Assembly: GCA_013334825.1 (NCBI GenBank) | Contig: JAAXWR010000001.1 | Coordinates: 203,769-267,768, forward strand | Origin: Candidatus Yonathbacteria bacterium | GTDB taxonomy: Bacteria > Patescibacteriota > Minisyncoccia > Phycocordibacterales > JACNGX01 | Direction of reading: 5' to 3' | Length of the DNA stretch: 64,000 bases | Translations under genes and position numbers: made by a program | The notes under the pieces: model-generated | The model's database searches: none | What the model saw: only the letters and a program-made list of their open reading frames with translations | What the model was told of the DNA's origin: nothing | Shown here: positions 20,916 through 31,922 of the stretch, piece after piece | Layout: every line of letters starts with the position of its first letter | How positions within the stretch are numbered: position 1 is the stretch's first letter

Positions 20916-22694
20916 TTATTGGGTTGTTTTTTCTTTTTCAATAAATATCGGCCAGACATGATCAGTCTCGATATGCCATGAGAGAATGCCACTAAATCGT
21001 TCTGCCGCGGTCACTGCGGAACCGATTGAAACACCGAGCATGTGTTTTGGAAGTCCATAAATAAAATCAGGAGCATAGAGAAATACCGCTGGTGTATCGT
21101 CCGTAATTTCAGCCACGAGTTTGTTGTATGCAGTGAGGCGTTCTTCGGTGTTTGATGAACTGCGAGATGTCTCCAAGAGTTTGTCCGTGGCAACATTTGC
21201 ATACATGGCGATATTGAGTCCTGGATCATTGCGCTGAGAAGAATGCCAGAACGCAAAGAGATCAGTATCACGACCAACGATTTCTCCAAAGAGAAGTGCG
21301 TCATAGTCGCGGGGACGAATGACTGATTGGTTGAGTTCATTTGCGTCAAACACTTTAAGTGTGACAGGAACACCAAGTGCTGTCCAATCTTCGACCAAGA
21401 TGTCGGCGACTGACTTGAGCTCAGGAACATTGGCAGTTGCAAGGGAAAATGAAAGTGTCGTTCCATCGTGTTTCCATGTGCCACTTCCATCGTCGTTCGG
21501 TGACCATGTCCACCCCGCGTCTTCAAGTATTGTACGAGCACGCGCAAGACGTTCTTCACGAGAAATGGTATCTGTGGATTCTGGCGCAACATATCCGAGT
21601 GAGCCAGGAGGGATGGGCCCATGAAGAACAGATCCGTATCCGAAAAGTACTTCATCAACAATACGTTCTTTTTCGGTGGCGATATCAAGTGCTTCACGAA
21701 CAGAAGCATCTGTGAACACAGTTGCTTTATCTTGATTGAAAAACACACCAAAGACACGAGGAAGTGGCGCGTGTTCAATGCGAATACCTTCAAGGGTAAG
21801 CTTTTGAGCAATAGAAGGTGTGATAGCATTTATTCCCTCGATTTCTCCTTTTGAAAACGCATCAACGAGGGTGTCTTCATCGCGATAAAAACGTATACGA
21901 ATATGAGAAAGATATGGTTCACCTGTTGCGTAATCATCAAATGCACGGAGATCATAATAGAGCGGAATACCGCTTCCGTCGCGTCGTGTTCCTGTTACCC
22001 GATACGGACCCGAACCGATTGGTGTTGTGTTGTATGCGCTAAAGCTAAATTCTTCTGCGGTGATTTCCCCCCATATATGTTCGGGAAGAATACCCAGTGT
22101 AGTGTTTTCCAGAAAAGGTGCGTACGGGCGGGGTAGTACGAAAACAATAGTATGTTCATCTTGCGCGGTTACTTCTACACCATCCCAGTTGGCGCGTTTG
22201 GGACTTTTGAGCATACTATCTTGCGCTTTTGTTACGGTGAAAACAATGTCATCAGCAGTTATTGGCTCACCGTCATGGAAACGGAGATCTTCACGGAGAA
22301 TAAAGGTATAGGTAAGTCCATCATTTGAAATACTATATGAAGAGGCGAGATCAGGTATAAACTCTCCCGAAGGAAGCGCCCGCATGAGTCCCGCGTATAC
22401 CAAAGCGGTCATGTCGCGATCCGCGTCAGAAATAGCAAGAAGTGGATTGATAAAACGAGGAGTGCCAATGACACCTTCTGTATATGATCCCCCTTTTGCG
22501 GGGATGACAACCATATGTGCATTATTCACACGATACAGAAAGAGTGTTGTGCTTATAATGAATATCCACAGAAGCGCAAAAAAGATAACACGTTCGGTGT
22601 GTGAAAAAGACGCGACGATGCGCGATATGTGTGAGGAGAACGTCCTGAATGGACGAAAAAAAGAATCGAATGACATTGCAATTGACACGGACAT
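20916..22694 (-). CDS. ABC transporter substrate-binding protein, family 5 (peptide/nickel type); no adjacent permease genes
   Basis: 592 aa, N-terminal TM/signal, family-5 solute-binding fold. Confidence 0.7.
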   Translation of the reverse strand: MSVSIAMSFDSFFRPFRTFSSHISRIVASFSHTERVIFFALLWIFIISTTLFLYRVNNAHMVVIPAKGGSYTEGVIGTPRFINPLLAISDADRDMTALVYAGLMRALPSGEFIPDLASSYSISNDGLTYTFILREDLRFHDGEPITADDIVFTVTKAQDSMLKSPKRANWDGVEVTAQDEHTIVFVLPRPYAPFLENTTLGILPEHIWGEITAEEFSFSAYNTTPIGSGPYRVTGTRRDGSGIPLYYDLRAFDDYATGEPYLSHIRIRFYRDEDTLVDAFSKGEIEGINAITPSIAQKLTLEGIRIEHAPLPRVFGVFFNQDKATVFTDASVREALDIATEKERIVDEVLFGYGSVLHGPIPPGSLGYVAPESTDTISREERLARARTILEDAGWTWSPNDDGSGTWKHDGTTLSFSLATANVPELKSVADILVEDWTALGVPVTLKVFDANELNQSVIRPRDYDALLFGEIVGRDTDLFAFWHSSQRNDPGLNIAMYANVATDKLLETSRSSSNTEERLTAYNKLVAEITDDTPAVFLYAPDFIYGLPKHMLGVSIGSAVTAAERFSGILSWHIETDHVWPIFIEKEKTTQ

Positions 22695-22726
22695 GACAAA
22701 ATCATGCCGAGAAAGAGAGATGTGCG

Positions 22727-22957
22727 CTAGACGACCAGCGAGAGGAATACGGAGACTGCAAAGAGTACGCCGATAATGATAGTAGCGTAAAAGAGTGTTT
22801 TTTCGGCACCACGGCGCTCATGAAAACCGCTCATGCTGTCAGCACCACCAAATGCACCACCTAAACCAGCTCCTGTTTGTTGAAGGAGTATGGCAATGAC
22901 GAGCAGTGTGGCGAGGACGGCTTGCGCCCAGGGCAGAATGTCTCCGAGAAATTCCAT
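22727..22957 (-). CDS. secG: preprotein translocase subunit SecG
   Basis: LLQQTGAGLGGAFGG...FHERRGAEKTL...IIIGVLF pattern, two TM. Confidence 0.6.
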   Translation of the reverse strand: MEFLGDILPWAQAVLATLLVIAILLQQTGAGLGGAFGGADSMSGFHERRGAEKTLFYATIIIGVLFAVSVFLSLVV

Positions 22958-23029
22958 TGCTGTAGAGTATACCATAGTACGATTTTTACGCAATGGGAAT
23001 GTGAAAATCCGATGGTTAAAAGATTTTTA

Positions 23030-23057
23030 TTGACGTATCATTGTTTCGCGATATAAT
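23030..23057 (+). promoter_or_regulatory. sigma70-type promoter upstream of groES (TTGACG-16-TATAAT)
   Basis: ttgacg tatcattgtttcgcga tataat. No CIRCE element seen. Confidence 0.55.
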
Positions 23058-23094
23058 TTGAACGCATTATTAGTAATATATTTTTTTAAACGAT

Positions 23095-23421
23095 ATGGCT
23101 ACAAAGAAACAATCGGCGGAAAAAACCGCAATTATCCCACTCGGAGATAGAGTGCTTGTCAAACCTCTTGATCCGAATGAACACAAGACGACTGCGTCTG
23201 GTATTATCATCCCTGATACGATTGATCGTGAACGTCCTGAACAGGGTACTGTTATCGCAGTTGGCGAAGGACGTTTGACGGATGAAGGAAAACGGCTACC
23301 GCTTTCTGTAAAAAAAGGTGATGTTATTATCTTCTCAAAATATGGACCAGATGAGGTGAAAGTTGATGGAGAGGAATATTATATTATTGGAGAAGCGAAT
23401 ATACTTGCAGTGCTGAGATAA
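23095..23421 (+). CDS. groES: co-chaperonin GroES
   Basis: IIPLGDRVLVKP...GIIIPDT...GTVIAVGEG. Confidence 0.9.
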   Translation: MATKKQSAEKTAIIPLGDRVLVKPLDPNEHKTTASGIIIPDTIDRERPEQGTVIAVGEGRLTDEGKRLPLSVKKGDVIIFSKYGPDEVKVDGEEYYIIGEANILAVLR

Positions 23422-23532
23422 ATGTCTTGATCAATGAGAAAAATTTGTTCGCACATAGTGAAGTAATATGGGTATCATATGTATAAAAATGTAAACACAA
23501 TATTTTTTTATTCTTCAATTCTTTATTCTTAA

Positions 23533-25203
<1,671 letters not shown>

Positions 25204-25245
25204 CACGAAATAAAAATCACAGAGATATTGGTAAAAAAGAATAGA

Positions 25246-25283
25246 AAAAGCGCGGCGGGGAAGTCTCCCCGCCGCGCTTTTTT
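25246..25283 (+). terminator. intrinsic terminator after groEL
   Basis: aaaaagcgcggcggggaagtctccccgccgcgctttttt. Confidence 0.7.
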
Positions 25284-25322
25284 CGCAAAAAAAAAGAGAC
25301 CCCGAAGGGTCTATTGTATGCA

Positions 25323-25913
25323 TCAATCGTGTACGCCGATGCCGTATGGATGTATGTCATCCATATTGAGAATATTATCTCCAAAAAGCGCGAAGGCATC
25401 ATCTTCATCGGGAGTCTCTCTTTTTTGCATATCGGACGATAGCATCGTCACGCAAAAGATGAAACCACGGGGATTGTCTCCTTTGCCGAATAGAGATTTT
25501 TCTGCCTTTTCAATGGGTGAGTCAGCAGAAATCTCAAATACCTGCAAAGGCAGTTTCGTTCCCTCGACGATAAAAAAAGTCGGCTCGTCAAAAGAAAGGA
25601 TATTTTTTGAGAGAAGATGTGTGGCGTTTGCTTTTTCGGCAAGCATCTGACGAATCGTCAGACCTGGGGTGATAGCAAATGCCTTGCAGAGAAATGTTCG
25701 GACGGAATCATCCTCCAAACTTTTCTCAAACGCCCCGTATGCCTTGTTATAGGCATCGTCTCCCGAGAACGTTTCTTTTCTCAGGCAGGGAACTGTGGCA
25801 TTTGGGTCCTCACCAAGGACAAGGAGCATGAACATATCCCTGTTCTCTGAAGGGAGCATACCGCTTCCATGAAGGAAGATAAGTGTTTCAACTGTTGATG
25901 ACATAAAAATCAT
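25323..25913 (-). CDS. hypothetical protein
   Basis: 196 aa, no recognised motif. Confidence 0.35.
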   Translation of the reverse strand: MIFMSSTVETLIFLHGSGMLPSENRDMFMLLVLGEDPNATVPCLRKETFSGDDAYNKAYGAFEKSLEDDSVRTFLCKAFAITPGLTIRQMLAEKANATHLLSKNILSFDEPTFFIVEGTKLPLQVFEISADSPIEKAEKSLFGKGDNPRGFIFCVTMLSSDMQKRETPDEDDAFALFGDNILNMDDIHPYGIGVHD

Positions 25914-26049
25914 TTTTTAAGAAAAATTATGAATGAAAAAAGAACAATAACGAGTAAATATAATACAACATATATTTATAATACGCAAGTGCATCGTTTT
26001 GTATTAACACACTTGCAAAAAGACTGGAATAACCGATACAATAGGGGTA

Positions 26050-26345
26050 TGTCTGACATTACTTTAGAATCGCTCAATGAGCGTTTGGAACGTATTGAGC
26101 AACTCGCAGAACGTTCTTTTGAAACTATTGATAGAAAACTTACTGCCATGGAAGAAGCAGAACGTGCCGATATTCCTGCGATGGCAGAAGAAGTGCGTAT
26201 GGCGATTGAAAACGTACGCCGTGACACAGAAGGAAATCTTAGATATATCTATGACAAGTTTGAAAGAGAGTGGAATGCACTTGAGTCAACTGTTGAACGT
26301 ATGAATACAGCCGTTGATCGCATTGATGAGAAATTGAGCAGATAA
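26050..26345 (+). CDS. hypothetical small coiled-coil protein
   Basis: Internal start MSDITLESLNERLERIEQL...; heptad-like charged repeats. Confidence 0.3.
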
Positions 26346-26388
26346 TTTAATTTTTCTCAAAGGATGTATATGTGCAACACATCATGCA

Positions 26389-26425
26389 TCATAAAGGCGC
26401 GCGACCTTCTGGTCGCGCGCCTTTA
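26389..26425. terminator. bidirectional hairpin
   Basis: cataaaggcgcgcgaccttctggtcgcgcgcctttatg. Confidence 0.55.
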
Positions 26426-26480
26426 TGATGCATGTCGGATGCATGTGTATGAAAATCTTCACGATAGTTTCGTATAAAGT

Positions 26481-27095
26481 TTACGAGATAAAGGGTACGA
26501 ACAAGTATCCAGGATATTCGTGTCGTTCGTATCGTTCGTCCGTATGTTTTACTAATAGGACAATAGATTCTCCCACAGGAACAACAAGTCGTCCACCATT
26601 GGCAAGTTGCGCAGTCCACACTTCAGGAATATGTGTGACTGTCGCTGCGCCGATGATACGGTCGTAGGGTGCATGTTCAGGGAGTCCATGTTCCGCGCTT
26701 TTGGCAAGTATCATCGTACGGCCTTCAGTGATATATCCGTAGGTGTTGATGTTTTGTACTGCGGTTTCGGCAAGTTCCTTTACAATCTCCATGCCGTACA
26801 CGTTGCCGTACTGTCCCACAATGTGTGACAGAAGCGCGGTTTGCCACCCCGATCCAGAGCCAATGTCGAGTATTGTTTGTTCCGCGTCTGGTTGTAAGAG
26901 TTCCAACATAAACGCGACAGTTTCTGGTTGGGAGATTGTTTGTCCGTGTCCAATGGTAAGAGGATAATTTTGATATGCTTCAAGCTTTTTGTCCGCAGGA
27001 ACAAAATGCGCACGGTCGATTGCTTCGAACGCTTCAATGATATGGGGAGTCTTCAACACGCCTCGTTCTTTGAGTTGGGTGATGAGATGTTGCAT
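26481..27095 (-). CDS. pcm: protein-L-isoaspartate O-methyltransferase
   Basis: ISQPETVAFMLELL, DIGSGSGWQTALL, RLVVPVG motifs. Confidence 0.8.
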   Translation of the reverse strand: MQHLITQLKERGVLKTPHIIEAFEAIDRAHFVPADKKLEAYQNYPLTIGHGQTISQPETVAFMLELLQPDAEQTILDIGSGSGWQTALLSHIVGQYGNVYGMEIVKELAETAVQNINTYGYITEGRTMILAKSAEHGLPEHAPYDRIIGAATVTHIPEVWTAQLANGGRLVVPVGESIVLLVKHTDERYERHEYPGYLFVPFIS

Positions 27096-27218
27096 AGTAA
27101 CATTTCAAATATCAAAAACTAAACAATAGTAAAAATATTTTTTCAAAGACAGTATTTTTGATATTGTTTTTTGAATATTTGAATTTGTTTGTGTTTTGTT
27201 TTTTGAATATTGGAATTT

Positions 27219-27674
27219 TTAAACAAAAGATTCTTCAATTGCTTTGCGTACATCCGCGCCTCCCGCTCTACCTTTGAGCTCGAACATCACTGCTCCCATA
27301 AGTTTGTTCATGTCTGTTTTGTCTACAATGCCAAGTGCTGACTTTTTTGCTTCAACGGTGGCAACAATTTCGTCGTATGAAAGTTGTGCAGGGAGATAGG
27401 TTTCAAGAATGGTTCGTTCCGTGTCCTCGTTTTCTGCAAGTTCCGGACGCCCACCTGCGCGAAACTGATCCGCGGCTTCTTTTCGTTGTTTTGCAAGGCG
27501 CGTGAGCACCGTCATGACCATGTCATCGTCAGGTGCATCGGTGGGACGTTTCTTTTGCGCGACAAGTTCATTGGTGAGTGCGGAAATAACCGACCGGATG
27601 GTAGTCAGGCGTGTTTCTTCCTTGGCACGCATTGCGTCTTTGAGATCTTCTTTGAGTTGTAAATAAAGAGACAT
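27219..27674 (-). CDS. GatB/YqeY domain protein
   Basis: N-terminal LKEDLKDAMRAKEETRLTTIR... YqeY signature, 151 aa. Confidence 0.8.
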   Translation of the reverse strand: MSLYLQLKEDLKDAMRAKEETRLTTIRSVISALTNELVAQKKRPTDAPDDDMVMTVLTRLAKQRKEAADQFRAGGRPELAENEDTERTILETYLPAQLSYDEIVATVEAKKSALGIVDKTDMNKLMGAVMFELKGRAGGADVRKAIEESFV

Positions 27675-27752
27675 AAGAAAATGATAATCAATAATATTTT
27701 TAGTATATCAGAAATAGTAAAAAAGGGGAGAAACAGGGCAGTTGAGAAACGC

Positions 27753-27781
27753 TTGACAAAATATTTCTCTTGGTATATAAT
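27753..27781 (+). promoter_or_regulatory. perfect consensus sigma70 promoter (TTGACA-17-TATAAT) with no obvious protein-coding target
   Basis: ttgaca aaatatttctcttggta tataat. ~550 nt downstream before alaS contains only short or poor ORFs and several hairpins. Confidence 0.5.
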
Positions 27782-28358
27782 AGTAAAAGAAATTGAGTCT
27801 TGCCGTAAGGAATAGAAACACAATTCGGTATGATATTCCACTTGTTGGAATGTGCCCTTTTGTCTGGTCTTATGATTAAAGAGTCCAGAATGTTCGTATT
27901 CCTTACGCGCATCTTTTGCAATACTTGATATACCTTCTGTCGGGGTATCAAGATCATAGACAGAGATTTCTTCTAAAGACGCCAACGGTTTTTGGGGGAT
28001 ATGTAAAGGACAGTTGGTTCTCTTGCAATACGATTCGCGGTACGCAAGAGAAATGACAGCGATATACTTTGGGGTTGCACCTACCCCAAAGAAGAACTCA
28101 AAGGTGTTACCCCGGGTTTTATACTCGGGGTTATGTTATTTGCTTGCCCAGAAACGCTATATTGCATATACTGCATACCATAAGAGTTTATTATAAAAAG
28201 TATGTTGAAATGACGTGTGTTGTGTAGCACTTTTTTTTAATGTTAATATTTAATTTCCCCATTCTCGTCTACCCTAATACCCTATAAGCTATTTCCTAAC
28301 CTCCTCATGTACTTATATACTAACCTCCTAACATACTAACCTCCTAACCTCCTACCTT

Positions 28359-30137
28359 ATGCTTTCTCGCGATATTCGATCCACATTTCTCAAATTTTTT
28401 GAAAAGAGGGGACATGCGATTGTTCCATCTGCTCCGCTCGTACCCGAAAATGACCCATCGGTACTTTTTAATACTGCGGGCATGCAACCGCTCGTTCCGT
28501 ATCTCATGGGACAACCCTATCCGACTGGCGCAAAGCGTATTGCAAATATTCAAAAATGTGTGCGTACCCAAGACATTGAAGAAGTCGGTGACAAAACGCA
28601 CGATACATTTTTTGAAATGCTCGGTAACTGGTCGCTCGGTGATTATTTTAAAGAAGATGCGATTGCGTGGAGTTATACGCTCTTGACGAACAAGGAGGAA
28701 GGGTTTGGACTTGATCCCGCACGTTTGTACGTGACGGTTTTTGCGGGAAATGCTGATGCGCCGCGTGACGACGAAGCTGCCGCGATATGGAAAAAGCTCG
28801 GTGTGCCTGAACACCGTATCTATTTCCTTGAGGACAACTGGTGGAGTCCGGGTGATAATGGTCCATGTGGTCCTGACTCGGAAATGTTTTATGATATTAC
28901 ACCCGAAGGATTGGGTGATATGACATTTGAGCAATTCAAAGTTGCCGATGATGCGCAAAAAATTGTTGAAATATGGAATGATGTGTTTATGGAATATGAA
29001 AAAAAGGATGGTAAGGTCATTGGTAAGCTTGCGCAAAAGAACGTGGACACTGGTGCGGGACTTGAACGTCTTGCTATGGCGCTTCAGGGGACTGATAGTA
29101 TTTTCACAACGGATTTATTTGATTCGATTATTGCTGCGGTCCATGAACGTGCGTCGATGTTTGATGTGCGTGCTGAGCGTATCATTGCCGACCATATCCG
29201 CACTGCAGTCTTTCTTATTGCAGATGGTGTTCGTCCATCAAATACCGATCAAGGATATATTTTGCGTCGGTTAATACGTCGCGCAGTACGGTATGCTGAC
29301 ACGATTCTTTTGGAAACGGATGCATTGGGAAGTGTCGCAGAAGCGGTTGCCGATGAATATATAAATGTATATCCGAATGTCATCGCGCAAAAAGACGTGA
29401 TTCTTGATGAAATCCGTAAGGAAGAAGAGAAGTTTCGTATGACACTCGCGCAGGGAATGCGAGAGTTTGAAAAAATTATTGGACGTGCAGAGAGTGGTGT
29501 CATCTCTGGAAACGAAGCGTTTACTCTTTTTTCATCGTATGGTTTCCCGTTTGAAATGACGAAAGAAATTGCTCTTGAACGTGGATTATCTATTGATGAA
29601 GAAACATATACTCAAGAAATGAATAAACACCGTGTATTGTCTCGTGCTGGCGCGGAACAAAAATTTAAAGGAGGACTTGCCGACACGAGTGAGAAAACGA
29701 CGGCACTGCATACCGCGACGCATTTGCTTCTTGCGGGGCTGCGCAAAGAACTTGGTAACCATATACATCAGGCGGGTTCCAATATCACTGAAGAACGCTT
29801 ACGTTTTGACTTTACGCATCCGGAAAAAGTGGAGCGTGAGGTACTCGACCGTATCGAAGCGTATGTGAATGACGTTATTCGTGCGGATGTCGAAGTGCGT
29901 ATGGAAGAGATGAAAAAAGAAGAAGCGAAAGCTGCTGGAGTCGAAGGAAGTTTCTGGGAAAAATATCCCGATGTTGTGCGTGTATATAGTATTGTGGGCA
30001 GTGATGGTACAGTGTACTCTCGTGAACTTTGTGGCGGTCCACATGTGACACACACCGGTACGCTTGGCAGGTTTACTATTCAAAAAGAAGAATCATCATC
30101 GGCAGGTGTACGTCGTATCAAAGCGGTACTTGTGTGA
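28359..30137 (+). CDS. alaS: alanine--tRNA ligase, short form (catalytic + editing domains, no C-Ala domain)
   Basis: N-terminal class II AlaRS motifs. Editing-domain HxxxH (HTATHLL) and CxxxH (CGGPHV). The ORF ends 20 aa later. Confidence 0.85.
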   Translation: MLSRDIRSTFLKFFEKRGHAIVPSAPLVPENDPSVLFNTAGMQPLVPYLMGQPYPTGAKRIANIQKCVRTQDIEEVGDKTHDTFFEMLGNWSLGDYFKEDAIAWSYTLLTNKEEGFGLDPARLYVTVFAGNADAPRDDEAAAIWKKLGVPEHRIYFLEDNWWSPGDNGPCGPDSEMFYDITPEGLGDMTFEQFKVADDAQKIVEIWNDVFMEYEKKDGKVIGKLAQKNVDTGAGLERLAMALQGTDSIFTTDLFDSIIAAVHERASMFDVRAERIIADHIRTAVFLIADGVRPSNTDQGYILRRLIRRAVRYADTILLETDALGSVAEAVADEYINVYPNVIAQKDVILDEIRKEEEKFRMTLAQGMREFEKIIGRAESGVISGNEAFTLFSSYGFPFEMTKEIALERGLSIDEETYTQEMNKHRVLSRAGAEQKFKGGLADTSEKTTALHTATHLLLAGLRKELGNHIHQAGSNITEERLRFDFTHPEKVEREVLDRIEAYVNDVIRADVEVRMEEMKKEEAKAAGVEGSFWEKYPDVVRVYSIVGSDGTVYSRELCGGPHVTHTGTLGRFTIQKEESSSAGVRRIKAVLV

Positions 30138-30640
30138 TTAACAAGAGGAGACAGGAAACGCAAGTGATAGAAAGAGAAAAAACAAGTGTGAGCATGGATA
30201 TGTTCACGCTTGTTTTTTGTCGTTCATCATTTCACCATGAGGATAGATCGTACTGAGTTACGAGATTTAAGTGTCGAAAGACAACAGAACGAGTTTCAAG
30301 TTGGCAGTTTCAAGTTTCAAGAACGCTTACGGATAACGAATACATACGCATGTACGAATACGACTCATTTTCTTTTATCGTTTATAGTTTTCGTCTTCAT
30401 ATTTCATATTTCTATTTTCTTATTTCATCGTCTACCGTTTTTCTTCGTCATTCGTATATTCCCAAGCACCATGCACCACGTAGGGTGCATGGCACGCTTG
30501 ATTCGAGTGTTCGTCCCTATAACCTATCACCTATAACCTCTTTCCTACATTCGTCCGTCCCTCTAACCTCTTTCCTAATCCCACCTTCTTTCCCCACGTA
30601 CGAGTAGTACAAAACGTATCATGTACGGTATACTATAGTT
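30138..30640. repeat. mosaic intergenic repeat R2
   Basis: Contains tacgaatacgactcattttcttttatcgtttatagttttcgtcttcatatttcatatttctatttt (as in R1) and pyrimidine modules cctataacctatcacctataacctctttcctac. ORFs 30210..30536 and 30350..30607 are artefacts. Confidence 0.8.
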
Positions 30641-30642
30641 AC

Positions 30643-31863
30643 ATGTCTCTCTTTCGTCATCATGTAAAACAAAAAGCACGTCTCATTCATGTGTATGACA
30701 TTGGGAGTGCTTCTGTTGGTGGTGCAGTAGTGCTTCTTGAGCATGGGAAGAAAGCTCGCATCATGTATACGGTTCGCCGCGATGTATTTATGCGAGAGAC
30801 TCCTGATGCGAAGCGTTTTCGTGACGAAATTCTCACCGCTCTTTCTGGTGTTGTTGAAGATATAGCAAAACATGCTCCAGCGCATATTCGTTTTACGAAA
30901 CATGCACTGCTACGTCCAGAGAAAGCTTTTTTTATGTTAGCGTCTCCCTGGTACGCGTCACAGACAAGACATGTGCATGTCTCATTTAAACGCCCGACAC
31001 GCATTCGCCAAATAGATCTTGAAGAACGAGCAGAACGAGAATATCAGGATTTTCTCAAATCTCCTGAGGTTCTTGCTTTGGGAGATACTTCTCATACGTT
31101 ATTTGATCGGCGTATTATTCAAGTATCTGTAAATGGTTATGAGACTTCTGTTCCTGAAGGGAAAGAAGCAACAACACTTGATATGAGTATTGTATTTTCT
31201 ATCATTCCTTCAGATGCTGCGACTCGTATGAAAGAAATATGTGAACGTGCTTTTTCTTCGGTGGAGATTGTATTTCAAACATTTTCACTTGCTACGTTTG
31301 ATATTGTGAGAAATAAAGAACCAAATCTTTCAGAATGTATGTTGCTCGATGTGTCAGGGGAAGTATCTGAAGCATCTTTTGTTCGAGAAGGAGTGTTGTG
31401 GGAGACGGTGTCATTTCCTGTTGGGAAACTTACGCTTGTGCGTCGTATCGCCGAACTTCTCGGGAGTACTCCCGATGAAGCATTATCGTCATTGCGTATG
31501 TATGCGGAAAATGGATTTTCTCGTGAAGAAAAAATGCGTATTGGAAAAGCAGTAGAAACAGCAGCGGAATCATGGATGCGTGCTTTGCGTCATGCTGTTT
31601 CAGTTTCTGTCCCTGAAGAACAAATGCCTTCATCTGTGCGCCTTGCGTCCGATGCCGATGTTCTCTCATGGCTGCGTAGTGTTTTGGAACATGAAGAAAT
31701 GTCTCCGCAGGCTGTCGATATGCTCTATGTTCATGATCTTTGCGATATGTCTTCTGGTATCACATATGATTCATTTCTTGTTGTTGGTTCTGCTTTTTCT
31801 GCGCGTATATGCAATGAAAACAATCCACATCGTTTTTCGCATACACAAGGACGACGCTCGTGA
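30643..31863 (+). CDS. divergent actin-like ATPase (FtsA/PilM-like, ASKHA fold)
   Basis: Phosphate-1-like IHVYDIGSASVGGAVV and phosphate-2/adenosine-like LLDVSGEVSEASFVREGVL...FPVGKLTLVRRIAELLG. 406 aa. Confidence 0.5.
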   Translation: MSLFRHHVKQKARLIHVYDIGSASVGGAVVLLEHGKKARIMYTVRRDVFMRETPDAKRFRDEILTALSGVVEDIAKHAPAHIRFTKHALLRPEKAFFMLASPWYASQTRHVHVSFKRPTRIRQIDLEERAEREYQDFLKSPEVLALGDTSHTLFDRRIIQVSVNGYETSVPEGKEATTLDMSIVFSIIPSDAATRMKEICERAFSSVEIVFQTFSLATFDIVRNKEPNLSECMLLDVSGEVSEASFVREGVLWETVSFPVGKLTLVRRIAELLGSTPDEALSSLRMYAENGFSREEKMRIGKAVETAAESWMRALRHAVSVSVPEEQMPSSVRLASDADVLSWLRSVLEHEEMSPQAVDMLYVHDLCDMSSGITYDSFLVVGSAFSARICNENNPHRFSHTQGRRS

Positions 31864-31922
31864 TATACTAATACATACCGTTTCCAATATTTTATTATCT
31901 CTTTTTCATCTTTATATTTTTT

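Noticed and set aside
27605-27985. 126-aa minus-strand ORF upstream of yqeY
   Set aside because: It overlaps the yqeY start and the reverse complement of the consensus promoter. The second half is oddly hydrophobic and low-complexity. Possibly a short real ORF, but unsupported.
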